A DNA stretch of 63,241 nt, the filler included, from Stramenopiles sp. TOSAG23-3 (taxonomy: Eukaryota): NCBI GenBank assembly GCA_900128585.1. It is 10 parts of 10 records of this genome, joined end to end, with 100 filler letters (N's around TTAATTAATTAA, not from the genome) between each part and the next. Parts side by side here need not be neighbours in the genome. Positions count along the whole stretch, not along the records: positions 1 to 7,520 come from LT643137.1; positions 7,621 to 15,130 come from LT643138.1; 8 more parts are not named here. The stretch is one strand, 5' to 3'. Each line of letters starts with the position of its first letter. The first letter of the stretch is position 1. This document shows positions 1 to 11,001 of the stretch, in pieces. Position numbers and translations under genes: made by a program. The notes beneath the pieces were generated by a model. That model was not told the origin of the DNA. It did no database searches and was given only the letters and a program-made list of their open reading frames with translations.

Positions 1-1425
1 GCAGGCCAGCGGGTGAGCAAGCTGCGCAGCGCCTACCGGCGTGCCCTGTCGAGCCCCGTCGAAAACATGGAAGGCCTCTGGCAAGAGTACGAAGCGTTTG
101 AGAAGGGCGGGGCGAACGAGGTCCTGGCAGTCCGTCTAGTTAAGGAGATTGCGTCCGTTGCGATGGCCAACCGAGACATGGCTCGAGAGCTAGGCCCGCT
201 TTACTCCAAAATCCGCCCCCATCTTTTGGCGGTGCCGGCAGAACACGGCGGGAAAGACATCGAGGATCAGGTACAGGCATGGCGAAAAATCCTGGAATGG
301 GAAATTTCACACAGCAGCGAGGTGAAGGCCGCGCAAAGGAAAGCCCGCGTGAGGTTTGCTTACAAGAGGTGCTTGTGCGTGCTGCGATATTTCCCGACGA
401 TTTGGTACGAGTTCGCGGCGTACGAGCGCTCGTCTGGGGAAATGGACGCCGCAGCTGCTGTCTTGCAGCTCGGCACGAAGGCTTTGCCAGGAAACCTTAT
501 GCTGAACTTTGCGCAGTGTGATTTCTTCGAGCAGGCGAAGCGCGTCGACGAGGCAGAAAAGTTGTACCTCACCCTGCAAAAGGCGTCCAAGAAGCCGTTG
601 GTGTGGATACAGTACCAATGGTTTGCCCTTCGGACAAACGGGATGAAAGGAGCCCGGAAAGCGTTCGCCAAAGCGAGAAAGGCAAAAGACGGTTCGTGCT
701 CGTGGCATGTCTACGCGGCTGCCGCCAATTTAGAATTTTATGCCAACAAAGAACCCACCGTTGCACGAAACATATTTGAACTGGGGCTGAAGCGGTTTGG
801 GACGGAGGTGGATTTTGTCATGACTTACATTGATTTTTTAAGCGCGATAAACGATGATAACCAATTGCGAACGTTGTTCAACCGTGTTATTTCGAACTTT
901 GAGGACAGGGAAAAAGCGCTTCCCCTATGGAGGGCATTTTTGGAAATGGAATTGCGACGTTCTCGGGGAGGGGGCAATTTGCAGGACGTTGCAAAGCTAG
1001 AACGGCGCCGTAGGGACGCGTTTCCAGACGACCCGTCGTTAGTAGGAATAAACGGACAGTCGTGGCGGTACCAAATGTTTGGGCTCTTTGCAGATGAAAG
1101 CAGTCGGGCGTCGGCAGAGGCGACCGCACCAAACGTTGCAGAGCTGATGGCTCTAGCAAGAGCACAGAAAAATGAAGAGGACATGAAAATGGTCGTCCCA
1201 GCGTTCTTGGCGCCGCTGTGCGCCGGGTTGCCTCGAAATGTTTATAGTGTTACGGCGGAGTCCGACGTCGAACATGTCATGGCAACGTTTATATCGATGT
1301 CGATGCCAGCACCACCACCGGGGTACAAGGAAGAAGAGAAAGAAGGGAACAAGGATGGTGGCAACAACGCGGGGGAATCTGAGGAAAGTGATGAGCCCGG
1401 GAAAAAACGAAAGCGGGTGTCCTAA
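1..1425 (+). CDS. CSTF3: Cleavage stimulation factor 77 kDa subunit (CstF-77/Rna14, HAT-repeat Suf domain), 5'-partial
   Basis: Frame open from base 1. HAT-repeat motifs LWQEYEAFE, RVRFAYKRCL..LRYFPTIWYEFA, WHVYAAAANLEFYANKEPTVARNIFELGLKRF and YIDFLSAINDDNQLRTLF are typical of CstF-77. Confidence 0.88.
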   Translation, partial: AGQRVSKLRSAYRRALSSPVENMEGLWQEYEAFEKGGANEVLAVRLVKEIASVAMANRDMARELGPLYSKIRPHLLAVPAEHGGKDIEDQVQAWRKILEWEISHSSEVKAAQRKARVRFAYKRCLCVLRYFPTIWYEFAAYERSSGEMDAAAAVLQLGTKALPGNLMLNFAQCDFFEQAKRVDEAEKLYLTLQKASKKPLVWIQYQWFALRTNGMKGARKAFAKARKAKDGSCSWHVYAAAANLEFYANKEPTVARNIFELGLKRFGTEVDFVMTYIDFLSAINDDNQLRTLFNRVISNFEDREKALPLWRAFLEMELRRSRGGGNLQDVAKLERRRRDAFPDDPSLVGINGQSWRYQMFGLFADESSRASAEATAPNVAELMALARAQKNEEDMKMVVPAFLAPLCAGLPRNVYSVTAESDVEHVMATFISMSMPAPPPGYKEEEKEGNKDGGNNAGESEESDEPGKKRKRVS

Positions 1426-1929
1426 TACAAAATACTTTTTTGGCAATGATGATGATAGTAAAAATCATACTAAAAATCATTCTAGTATGATTATTAGATA
1501 CTGTGTGGATATATATTATAATATGGACACATCATCTCCTTTCTCCTCCCTCCTGTGATGATGAATAATAAATAATAAAAGATACGATGGAGGAGGATGG
1601 AGGATGGAGGATCGATTTGGATCCTCCATCATCTTTCCGCTCTCCTCCGCCGTTCGCCGGCCGCATGCCTCCTCCTGCCTAATTTATTATTATATTTTGT
1701 TTGAGAGATGTCCATCTACTACAAGATTATGCAATTGTACGTTTGATACTCCCTTCGTGTAGTCTAGTGGATGTTTATTAATTACGACGTGTCCGTTTGC
1801 ATATATGAAAAGAAAGAAAAGTAAAACGAAGGGAACGGACAGATGGTTTTTTTTTATTTACATTCTGACTTGTGCTAACGAAAATACCAGACTTCAACTT
1901 TACAAGAATATCAAAACGACAGCACGACA

Positions 1930-2934
1930 ATGGATATGAAGTGGGTCTTTATAACAGGGTGCGATAGCGGGTTTGGGGCAATTATGGTCGAGAAAATAAA
2001 GGCTATGCGTGGCGTCGGGGTGTTTGCAGGGTGCTACTTGGCGGACACGGTCGACACGTACAATGGGCTGGGTAGAAATGATTTGTTCGCGATCCGCATC
2101 GACGTGACAGATGTTGAATCTGTTGAACAGGCATCGAGGACTGTTCAGTCGCTCCTTGGGAAAGGGAAACTTCATGGTATCGTAAACAATGCTGGCATCT
2201 TAATCAACCCTGGACCAACCGAGTGGACTCCAGTGGAGGACTACAAGAAAATGTTTAACGTCAATGTCCTTGGCACTGTCACCGTTACGAAGTCGTTCTT
2301 ACCAATGATCCGTAAATCCCAAGGAAGGATTGTCAACGTCGCGTCCATCGCAGGGCGGATGGGCCTGCCCTCGCAACCCGCTTATTGCGCGTCCAAGTAC
2401 GCAGTTGAGGGGTACAGCGACGTCCTCCGCAGGGATATGCTCCCGTGGGGGGTCACCGTATCTATTATAGAGCCCGGGGTGTTCCCGAACACAGGCCTGT
2501 ACGGAACGTTCCAAAAGGGGCTGGACCAGCTCTGGGAAAAGCTCCCCGCGGAGCGCAAGGAAGAGTATGGGGAGGCGTATTACCAGGAATTTCGGAAGCG
2601 GATCGGAAGGGCACTGACCGGTATCACCTCAAACAAGGATTCATCGATTGTACCAGATGCCATGCTGGAAGCTTTGTTCAGCGATTCTCCCAAGTATCGG
2701 TACCGCGTTGGGAACGACAGTAAGTACTTGGTCACATTTTTGAACTGGTTGCACGAGTCTACACAAGACTGGGTCCTATCGGCAGGAAATACGTCAAACA
2801 AGTCCCTACCTGCTGCTGCACCAGCGAACGGAAGGCAAATTGCGACGTCAAGGTTTGCTTCCAGCTGGACAAGGTCGGTCATGGCCTTGTTGATGGCTGT
2901 CGTTGGGTACCGAGCGTTAAGGCCACGGCTGTGA
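1930..2934 (+). CDS. Short-chain dehydrogenase/reductase (retinol/17-beta-HSD/BDH1-like)
   Basis: ITGCDSGFG cofactor motif, VNNAGI, catalytic YCASK, SIIEPG, C-terminal hydrophobic tail. Confidence 0.9.
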   Translation: MDMKWVFITGCDSGFGAIMVEKIKAMRGVGVFAGCYLADTVDTYNGLGRNDLFAIRIDVTDVESVEQASRTVQSLLGKGKLHGIVNNAGILINPGPTEWTPVEDYKKMFNVNVLGTVTVTKSFLPMIRKSQGRIVNVASIAGRMGLPSQPAYCASKYAVEGYSDVLRRDMLPWGVTVSIIEPGVFPNTGLYGTFQKGLDQLWEKLPAERKEEYGEAYYQEFRKRIGRALTGITSNKDSSIVPDAMLEALFSDSPKYRYRVGNDSKYLVTFLNWLHESTQDWVLSAGNTSNKSLPAAAPANGRQIATSRFASSWTRSVMALLMAVVGYRALRPRL

Positions 2935-3156
2935 AGTTTGAAAAAAATATATATACCATGTATAAAAAAACACTAATTATATAGTATGTTATATAATAGC
3001 ATTACTATAAAAAAAAATTATAAGTTTTTTATATATAATAATAGTACATGTGCTTTAAGACTCTCATTTTATATCAATTACGATTTCAGTTCCAACCCTA
3101 AAAACCTAAATAGGATTTTTTAAATTTGATTTTAATTTTAATTTCGTTTTAGTTGT

Positions 3157-5457
3157 CTACGACATTTTCTTTACCTTCAAAGAATTGGTAAGGGCTTTGA
3201 TTTCTAATTTTCCCGGGATACTCAATGGTCTGCGGGCAACTCTGATTGCACTGGGGACGACATTCCGAGGGTTTGTCTTTTCGTAGCAACGTTTTCCTAT
3301 TTGTGAGTCTTGGGTTGTCTTGTACATATTCTTGGCATTCGCCTTTTTTCCCGCTTTAAACTGTACGTCCCATGGGGGGTCTTTGGCGCTGTAGATACCG
3401 TTGATAACATTAGCGCAAGGTGTTGTTGGGCGGGCCTTTCTCGGATCAAAGTTTCCAATAACTCGAGCCTGTGCTGTTTTCCAGTGATCCAGCTTTTCTT
3501 TCGGGGGCAAATTGTCATATTCGTCTACCGCATACACCATATTGGCTGCGTGTGCATCCCATTTCGCCAGCGCAGGCCCATCTATTTCAAGCATGTACGT
3601 CATGAATTCGTTGTAATCCACTACGCCATCCTTGTTTACGTCACACATTTCAAATACTTTGTCCAACCCCCTTTCATTTAAATGGCCTATTCCCGCTTTT
3701 CTCAGCGCTACCTTCAGTTGTGTCTTTGTGAATCTTCCCAGTCCTGTCCTGTCCATGCTTAGGAAAAACTTCCTTACGTTTCGAAACTTCAAAATGCTCT
3801 GCTCTTGTATACGATGTTTGATTTCATTTGCCTCCTTCTGTAAATCAATTCCTCGTTTCTCGTCCAAAGCACTGACGCTTCCGATCAAAAGCTTGTTTGC
3901 GCCATTGAGTACAAAATCAGGGGGCATTATTGCTTCTATAAACACTGGGTATGAAATATTTCCCGACTTTTCCTTGTCATATTTTTGAAACAGTTGCATA
4001 ATGTCGGTGTCGTTTACTTGTGTAACTTTCAAGTAAGACCTCAGCACGCTTCGAAATTCATTCAAGTCCACCGTCTCGTCATTATTTTTGTCAAACCGAT
4101 TGAACACTCGTCGCAAATCGTTTGGCCCCTTCGCACGTTTTTGGACGGCATCGATGACAATGCCATGCAACTTCGCTACCCCCACCAAAGGCAACGGCTT
4201 TGGCTTCGGTGCTTGTTGGGGTATAACCTTGAATCCCGACTGGAACCCTCTTTCGTTTATCGTCTCTGCGAGTTCGTTGTACGTAATGACCCCATCGCCA
4301 TTTACATCGCATGCTTGAAATAGCAAATCCACTGCGCGTGGGTTTCCGACGGCTATACCGTACTTGTTCATCTGCCGTTGCAATGTGGGTTTGGTAACTT
4401 GCCCCTGACGGTTTTCTTCTGCCATCTGCACAAACAGTCCTCTCATGGTTTTGCTGTACGTATGTATTGCTTTGCCAAAATCCTTCTTCATTTGAGAAAT
4501 AGCGTCTTTGTCCGATAGTTTGCGGTCCGAAAACTCCAGCACCTTTGGACTTTCAAACTCGTGCGGGGTAAATTCGTACACAAAATCCTCAAACCGTATT
4601 GCACCCTCCTTCTTCTTGTCCAGAACGTTTGTGAACAAGCTGTCGATGTCTTCTTGGAGTACACTGTGAAATCCGAGCCCAAGCCGCATTCCTTGGGTGA
4701 ATTCATCGAGGTCTAAAATATTATTCTTGTCCTTGTCGAACTTCGAAAATAATCGTCTTAGCCAAATAACAGGGGATCCCGTAGACCGGCTTCTCTCCAC
4801 CACCCGCCTCTTCACTAGCTTTAACAACGCGTTGTGGCCCATCGGGTACTGTCTGTTGCGGTGTGTGCTCGGGGGTCTGTGCTTCGCATCAGTGTTGTTG
4901 TTCTTATTAGCAGACTTAAGGTTTGCAGCGTTCTCCGATTTTGGCAGCGAAGACTTGGTACTGCGGTTTGCAGACGAGGGGGGGCGAGACGCAGCGCTTC
5001 CAGCCATGGACGATTGCCGCGACACTCGCCCACTCATTCGCCCTGGCGCATTCTTGTTCTGGTGGCTTTTTACAGTTTCTCCGAGCCCGAATTTTCTCTG
5101 CAAGTGTTTTGGGCGTTGCACGACGGGTTTCAACGTCCTGTGTTTGGTCTGGGGACTGTGAGACCGCCCCCAAGTGCTTCGGGGCGGTTTTCCATTTGTG
5201 CCCGGGCGTTTTGGTGAAGTGCCATTTGCTTTCATATGTATATCTTTCAGTTTTTTAACCCGTTTTGACAATGCAAAATTATCAATGATCAAATTATTCT
5301 CATGCAAATGATTTGCGATGTTGTTCACGGCTACACTTAGATCTTCATCATCAAGGTCATTGCCATACCCAACATTGTTTGCAAATCTCGTCAAATCTTC
5401 CTTTAGCGAGAAGGCAAGATCACGATGTTCTTGAGTAACTTTTGATGTTTTTACCAT
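3157..5457 (-). CDS. Multi-EF-hand calcium-binding protein with basic low-complexity N-terminus
   Basis: EF loops DKDKNNILDLDE, DKKKEGAIRFED, DVNGDGVITYNE, DKNNDETVDLNE, DKEKSGNISYPV, DRTGLGRFTKTQ, DVNKDGVVDYNE. Start placed at ATG 5457 (MVKTSK); the ORF track extends to 5583. Confidence 0.8.
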   Translation of the reverse strand: MVKTSKVTQEHRDLAFSLKEDLTRFANNVGYGNDLDDEDLSVAVNNIANHLHENNLIIDNFALSKRVKKLKDIHMKANGTSPKRPGTNGKPPRSTWGRSHSPQTKHRTLKPVVQRPKHLQRKFGLGETVKSHQNKNAPGRMSGRVSRQSSMAGSAASRPPSSANRSTKSSLPKSENAANLKSANKNNNTDAKHRPPSTHRNRQYPMGHNALLKLVKRRVVERSRSTGSPVIWLRRLFSKFDKDKNNILDLDEFTQGMRLGLGFHSVLQEDIDSLFTNVLDKKKEGAIRFEDFVYEFTPHEFESPKVLEFSDRKLSDKDAISQMKKDFGKAIHTYSKTMRGLFVQMAEENRQGQVTKPTLQRQMNKYGIAVGNPRAVDLLFQACDVNGDGVITYNELAETINERGFQSGFKVIPQQAPKPKPLPLVGVAKLHGIVIDAVQKRAKGPNDLRRVFNRFDKNNDETVDLNEFRSVLRSYLKVTQVNDTDIMQLFQKYDKEKSGNISYPVFIEAIMPPDFVLNGANKLLIGSVSALDEKRGIDLQKEANEIKHRIQEQSILKFRNVRKFFLSMDRTGLGRFTKTQLKVALRKAGIGHLNERGLDKVFEMCDVNKDGVVDYNEFMTYMLEIDGPALAKWDAHAANMVYAVDEYDNLPPKEKLDHWKTAQARVIGNFDPRKARPTTPCANVINGIYSAKDPPWDVQFKAGKKANAKNMYKTTQDSQIGKRCYEKTNPRNVVPSAIRVARRPLSIPGKLEIKALTNSLKVKKMS

Positions 5458-6351
5458 TTTGCTGGTTCGTATATATGCACGAACGCAGTCTTTTCCGGTC
5501 AACGTATGATTATCTCTACTTGATCCAATCGTAACAAATGTTTCCTTGATCAAGACCGGAGCAAATTTCATTACAAGAAACAAATCGTAATATATATTAC
5601 CAGTGACGTCTATTAGGATGTAACCAAAATAATAATTATACCTTGCTCCTCATCACCTCTTTCCTCTCACTCCTCTCCCTCATTATTTAAAAAAAAAATG
5701 TATTTGTTTGCTGCTGTTTCCACCTTCTCATTGGACTAACATATCATCGCCGTTGAAACGGACAAAAAAAAAATTATTATAGAAAAAAACTACAAACCCT
5801 AATTTGAACTATCAAATATTGTCTATTAAAATATAGTATAGTTAATCGATCCATTAAGTACATTTATTATATTTAGCATCATAATTTACAATAATAATTA
5901 TAAAATAATAAAAACCTCGAAATTTGAAATTCAAACTGATTCCTCCTATTTGAAAATATGTTTATTGTAGTTAATATAAGTATTACCATACATCCTTGTC
6001 AACATCATCCCGCGGAAAAGTTATTCTTTTGTTGTTGATTATTGAGCTGCTGTGGTGGTATTATTATTATTATTATATTTTAATATTTATACTACTTTTC
6101 TCCATCCTCCCTTCTTCCTTCTTCCTTCTTCTTCTTCTTCCTTCTTCTAAAATTATTTTTATATTTTTTTCTTCTAAAAAACTTTTTTTTTTTTACTAAC
6201 TACCTTGGTACTCCTCTGGACTACCGATTGAGATGTAAATAGAATGCGAAAAATTGGAAATGGAAACGATTTTCTATGCCATCGATGTTGAATTGTTTAA
6301 GCGTTTAGCTTGCATCGTTGATTTATTTTTGTCTAGATAGTTGAGAACATT

Positions 6352-6942
6352 ATGGAGAATTACTACGACGTCGATTCGATTCTTGCATCGGAAGAGCGAG
6401 TCCCGGTGACGTTTAACTGCGATGCTGTTGGTCTTGGGTACTTGGGTGCTGGGTCAGGGAAAGAGGAGGACATAGCAGAAGGGACTCGTATGGAATTGCC
6501 CTTTTGGTTGGCTGATAGGCTCATCAGAAAGAAAATAGTTTCAATTAATTTGCCGAAATACTACACACAGAAGTACAGAAATTATCTTAAAGCAGACCCC
6601 CAGAGCATTGACGTCCGAAGTGCGTGCCCAGTCTATTACACCTTGGGTATGCGCTTGGCACCGTGGCTAGGGCTAGACCAGGAAGGCCAAGAAGCTTTGA
6701 AAAATGATCTGGTGGAAGCTCTGGTGGAGCGTTATTTCAGTGTGTTAGACTGCTCGCAAAATTCAAAGGGGGATGACAATTCTGATTTCATCAAGCCTTT
6801 AACAGAGGAAGAACGATTGTTGTTCGGCCTATCATTTAGCAGCGCTGTGGACTACGACAAGTGGAAGAATAGACTGCATGGAAAGCTACAGGTTAGTCGT
6901 GTCATGGGCAATATCAGGAAAAAAAGAAAGGTAGCCCATTAA
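6352..6942 (+). CDS. GINS3: DNA replication complex GINS subunit Psf3
   Basis: N-terminal YYDVDSILASEERVPVTF, then GTRMELPFWLA, LKADP..D and YYTLG; 196 aa, typical Psf3 size. Confidence 0.88.
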   Translation: MENYYDVDSILASEERVPVTFNCDAVGLGYLGAGSGKEEDIAEGTRMELPFWLADRLIRKKIVSINLPKYYTQKYRNYLKADPQSIDVRSACPVYYTLGMRLAPWLGLDQEGQEALKNDLVEALVERYFSVLDCSQNSKGDDNSDFIKPLTEEERLLFGLSFSSAVDYDKWKNRLHGKLQVSRVMGNIRKKRKVAH

Positions 6943-7159
6943 CTGGCGCTGCCCCAGCTTAACACGTTGTATTTTTGTTACATTTATATGCTTACACAAT
7001 ATATCATTTTAATTCGTACGAGTAAACTGCTTTAAATTGAATTATTGACACACGTATCACACGTAATACTTTTCGATACAGCTGCTGGAAGCAACCAAAT
7101 TACAAAACTGCGAAAGGCACAGGGGCGCCTCCACCAGAAGGCCTCGTGATCATGGTGGC

Positions 7160-7519
7160 CTACTCGTTCAAAATCATATCCCTCAACGTTGTGCGGGGCG
7201 TCTTCGCGGAAGGCAGCGAATCATCCACGTCCCTGGGGTGCTTTTTGGAGGCACTGTTGTCCTCGCGATGGTTAACTCGCTTTGTCAGTTCGGTAGCCAT
7301 CGCAGCGTCAACTCGTGATTGGGGGGCGTTCAAGAGCTCGTGGGCAGCCTGTAAATCGTTTATTGAGTTTGAAATCAGCTCTGGGACATCTTCTGTCAAT
7401 TCCTCCACTACGCTTGAGATCATTGCAACTTTGCGACTCAGCGCATCGTAGATTTGTTTGTTGAAATCGGCAGACATCTCCCTCCCTACATTTTCTTCGT
7501 CTTCGCCATCACTCTCAGC
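7160..7519 (-). CDS. Hypothetical protein, C-terminal fragment (5' end beyond contig edge)
   Basis: Frame is open from the contig edge (AESDGEDEENVGREMSADF...) to the stop at 7160; coding-like GC. Confidence 0.5.
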   Translation of the reverse strand, partial: AESDGEDEENVGREMSADFNKQIYDALSRKVAMISSVVEELTEDVPELISNSINDLQAAHELLNAPQSRVDAAMATELTKRVNHREDNSASKKHPRDVDDSLPSAKTPRTTLRDMILNE

Positions 7520-7520
7520 T

Positions 7521-7620
7521 NNNNNNNNNNNNNNNNNNNNNNNNNNNNNNNNNNNNNNNNNNNNTTAATTAATTAANNNNNNNNNNNNNNNNNNNNNNNN
7601 NNNNNNNNNNNNNNNNNNNN
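7521..7620. other. Artificial contig linker (N run with TTAATTAATTAA)
   Basis: Identical 100-nt linkers also at 15131-15230, 22741-22840, 30342-30441, 37941-38040, 45526-45625, 53111-53210, 60694-60793 and 61968-62067. Plain N gaps at 42146-42236 and 44253-44431. Confidence 0.97.
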
Positions 7621-7810
7621 AAAGAAAAAAAAAGGAGATTTACTGTCTTTTTCTTAGTTATATACCAACGTACGGAAGATTTGTTAAATGTTGCTTTGAA
7701 CGAATTTTAAACAATTAATTTGAAGCAAGGGCCAGAACAATTAACGAAAGAGGAGGGAAAGAGGGACAAAAAGAGAAGGAACGATCAATTTTGCTTCTAA
7801 TCTATACTCT

Positions 7811-10120
7811 ATGTCGCATGATGGTGGTTACACCAAGGTGTACACACGAGCATCTTTTGACGATGACTGTATGGGAGTTTGCGTAGAAATTCCGCGGGTG
7901 ATTGGTTCAGAGGGACAGTGCGTCGGACCTTATCATATAATCGCAAATCTACACGCTGATACCTGCGGAACCATAGCAGAGCAACTTTCAAATATTTACC
8001 CGGCCAAACCGTCTCCAGAGAGCTTCCGTATTATTTGGAAAGGTAGATCAATGAGCTTCCAAAGTCGACTCAGAGATTTAGTATTGTTGGACTATGATTC
8101 AGACGATCGCAAGCAGCATGATTTAAACGAAAAAGAGAATGGCCCATTACGAATAAAGTTGTCTGCAGTATTAAAACGAAAATACAAAGTCGCAGGAGAA
8201 GATTCTAGCGGGGGGGGTCGTGGTTCTGGAAAAGAGGAAGTTTCTGAGGTCGAGTCGGGGAGCAAACCCCCGGTCTCCTCAAAAGCTACCAGCGGCAACG
8301 TTTGCTCAGACGAGGGCGTGCCCAGTCTTGTTTCATACGACTCGGCGAGTCCAGACGACGAAATGCCGACTCTCTTCAGCTGTAGTGGCAGCAGCAGTGA
8401 TAGCAGTAGCAGCAGCAGTAGTAGTAGTAGTAGCGATGGCGAAGGCACCGAGGATTCCGGGGTAGATATTACCGAACTGCACGAGCAAATAGGACGGTTT
8501 GCGAGACGTGACGCCTTCGCACAATTCCACCGACGAGATCGCGAGGATTCGTTAGAGAATGTTCTTTTCGAATCAAGCTTGGCGGCAAATGCTCTAGGCC
8601 GAAGTATTGCCGTTGCATCGAGGAATCCGCATGTTCATGGGCCTACGTTGGCAACCGAGTTGCGGCAATTTTCGGGGTATATGAATTCCTTAGCAAGTGT
8701 TTTGGAAGCCCAGGGAGTTGAGAGTCTTTCGAGAACGGAGGAACGCGTTTGGGTAGATAACAGCGTGCAGCCTTCTCCGGATGCTGAAAACGAATATGGG
8801 GTAAGGACTAGCGGGGAAGCGAATGCCGCCCACGACCGTAGCAGATCAAGAAACGCAAACTCGAGCCAACCCTTTACTAATCTGTTCAATATGGCGTCAC
8901 AAAACATGGGGGCAGAAGCAGCTGAAAGCATTCGAAGCATTATAGGAAGCTTAACAGGCGGAAACAGCAGAAACAGCAATCAGGGCACAGCCGGACCCGT
9001 GGGCCCACTAGCGACTAACCCATACCAAATACCGGGGGGTACCGGTAGTGGGGGCATACAGGGGGTTTGGGACACCTCTCATTCGGACGGAAATTCAGGT
9101 AGGGACCAGTCGGCGCCGGAAACTTCCGAGACGATGCCCACGTCTGTAGATCGAAGTCGTTCTGTGCTTGACGAAGCGAGACTGATCATTCGTCTTGCAA
9201 TTTTGCAGAAATCGCGTTTGCCTCTAACACGCCTGCTTGCCGGTGTCGTGGACTTTTCCGATCCCCGAAGAAGGATTTCAGACATGGCTGCGACAGGAAG
9301 GAGCTTTTCGAAATTGCAGAGCGAAGTGTTTTTTCCATTTCAATCCATACTAATCGAGTTAATGCGAGTTACTTCTGTCAACAATGTGCTGAACCGAAGA
9401 GGATTTCGACTTGCTCATTTGGACACCACGCGTACACAAGGCGCGAGGAATGGTGGAGGAGGGGTAGTGCGTAAAATTGGGAGAATCTTAAAATCCTATC
9501 GCACCTTGCATTCCGTTAACCCAGGACACAGGGGCATGGATGCAGAAAGGTACTGGCCGTCAGTAATTTCTCAGAATTTGGAAAATTCAACCATACCACC
9601 CTTCAGCGTTGACGATGCGGAGTTTTCGTTCACCAACCCGGTTCGATCGTTTTGCACAAATCTTGGGAAATTGATCGTGGATCTGCTTTCATCGTTTTTG
9701 GTTTTTTTTGATAGCGAAGCGACTATCCAGCTGGAAACACCCGATACTGTATTCCGCCTTTCGGAAGAATTGGAAGAAAAACTAATCTCGTGGAGAAATA
9801 TGTTTGTCCACGAGTGCGTGCAAATCTCACGGCTGACCACGGTGACGACTCCTGCGGTTCGAGTGTGCCGATTACTTGTTGCGCATATTTTGGAACATTT
9901 GCCGTGGGGGATAGAATGCTATGAAACGTCGAGCGAACAATTTTACGCACTTGCAGCCCCGCTGACACGGTTCATATGCTCGCCATCAACAAGGCAAGTG
10001 TGGAACAAACGAAGGGACTCGACGGGTACGAATGGGTCGATGCTCCATGCAGCAGCGGCCAGCGGCAACCCTGACTTGCTTGAGCAAGCGCTTGACGAAA
10101 TCTTGCCTGAACTGGATTGA
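7811..10120 (+). CDS. Hypothetical protein with N-terminal ubiquitin-like segment and poly-Ser/low-complexity middle (BAG6-like architecture)
   Basis: 769-aa ORF. DTCGTIAEQLSNIYP...SFRIIWKGRSM...RLRDL resembles a UBL fold; poly-Ser tract at ~8388-8434; helical C-terminal half. The BAG6 relationship is only an inference. Confidence 0.55.
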   Translation: MSHDGGYTKVYTRASFDDDCMGVCVEIPRVIGSEGQCVGPYHIIANLHADTCGTIAEQLSNIYPAKPSPESFRIIWKGRSMSFQSRLRDLVLLDYDSDDRKQHDLNEKENGPLRIKLSAVLKRKYKVAGEDSSGGGRGSGKEEVSEVESGSKPPVSSKATSGNVCSDEGVPSLVSYDSASPDDEMPTLFSCSGSSSDSSSSSSSSSSSDGEGTEDSGVDITELHEQIGRFARRDAFAQFHRRDREDSLENVLFESSLAANALGRSIAVASRNPHVHGPTLATELRQFSGYMNSLASVLEAQGVESLSRTEERVWVDNSVQPSPDAENEYGVRTSGEANAAHDRSRSRNANSSQPFTNLFNMASQNMGAEAAESIRSIIGSLTGGNSRNSNQGTAGPVGPLATNPYQIPGGTGSGGIQGVWDTSHSDGNSGRDQSAPETSETMPTSVDRSRSVLDEARLIIRLAILQKSRLPLTRLLAGVVDFSDPRRRISDMAATGRSFSKLQSEVFFPFQSILIELMRVTSVNNVLNRRGFRLAHLDTTRTQGARNGGGGVVRKIGRILKSYRTLHSVNPGHRGMDAERYWPSVISQNLENSTIPPFSVDDAEFSFTNPVRSFCTNLGKLIVDLLSSFLVFFDSEATIQLETPDTVFRLSEELEEKLISWRNMFVHECVQISRLTTVTTPAVRVCRLLVAHILEHLPWGIECYETSSEQFYALAAPLTRFICSPSTRQVWNKRRDSTGTNGSMLHAAAASGNPDLLEQALDEILPELD

Positions 10121-10374
10121 AGGGGATTGCGCCCACTCGTAAAATTATTCGTACAAGATATATATGTGTCATTACTTGTAATAATTCTTGAACTTATCAA
10201 ACAGTTTATTATTCAGATTCACTTTCGCGGTAAATATAAAGACGATAAATTAATTACCAAGTACTTAATTTAAATGCTCTTAAAAACAGCCAATTTTCTT
10301 GCTTTAAGAATTCGATACTTTTTCTTACAATCAAAGTATCTTGCCACCCGAACACTTCATTCATGTATGCGTGG

Positions 10375-11001
10375 TCAATTTATTTTTTTGTCTGTCTTGA
10401 CTACTACATCTCCATGAGCTGTGTGGCTCAAAAACGTATTCCATCCCAGCGATGTAAAAATCGTTGGCAGCACACGAAGGTGGGACGGCACGAAAAGAAA
10501 GTTTAGCATATTTACAGGCACCCACACGGCAGAGGATGCAACAAAAAGTTTGAAAAGATCTGCTTTACAGCGATGTTCAATTTCTCCAACAACGGCACCT
10601 TTATCGAACGGCGCGCCATCCAGAACAAATGATAGCAAACTCTCGGAAGTAACCGTGTAGGTCAACGCCAACGCATTGAAAGGAATTGCAACTGCGGCAT
10701 GGTTTGCAATCACTTTAATTGTCGCATTACGGACGGAATTCCCAGGAAACCATCTATCTAACCGCCGGAACCAAAACAGAAACGTGGGTGCCATTATCAA
10801 CCCACTAAATGTTCCCATGCAAAATGTTCTCCTGAAATCAAAATCTTCCTCTCCTGTTGAGCTCATACCCTTAATCTTAATCGTCTGCGCTAAAAGATCG
10901 CCAATCACCATCACACCCGCCCCGGTAATGGACGAGGTCAACAACGGCTTCTGTTTTATCAAACGTTGGTACCTTTGCCACATAACACTGAAACTGATCA
11001 A
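10375..11001 (-). CDS. Mpv17/PMP22 family membrane protein
   Basis: KPLLTSSITGAGVMVIGDLLAQ, DFRRTF, W.RRLDRWFPG, VWVPVNMLNFLFVP.HLRV...WNTFLS. ATG of MWQRY at ~10983 is the likely start. Confidence 0.9.
   Translation of the reverse strand: MISFSVMWQRYQRLIKQKPLLTSSITGAGVMVIGDLLAQTIKIKGMSSTGEEDFDFRRTFCMGTFSGLIMAPTFLFWFRRLDRWFPGNSVRNATIKVIANHAAVAIPFNALALTYTVTSESLLSFVLDGAPFDKGAVVGEIEHRCKADLFKLFVASSAVWVPVNMLNFLFVPSHLRVLPTIFTSLGWNTFLSHTAHGDVVVKTDKKIN

Noticed and set aside
1603-1630. Perfect 11-bp hairpin gatggaggatc-gatttg-gatcctccatc
   Set aside because: Built from GGA/TCC low-complexity sequence common in these spacers; no evidence of an RNA gene or terminator.
5795-5803. Telomere-like AAACCCTAA singletons (also ~21990)
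   Set aside because: Isolated copies with no tandem array; could be telo-boxes but cannot be supported here.
7565-7576. Recurring TTAATTAATTAA palindrome every ~7.6 kb
   Set aside because: Always centred in identical N runs; assembly linker, not biology.
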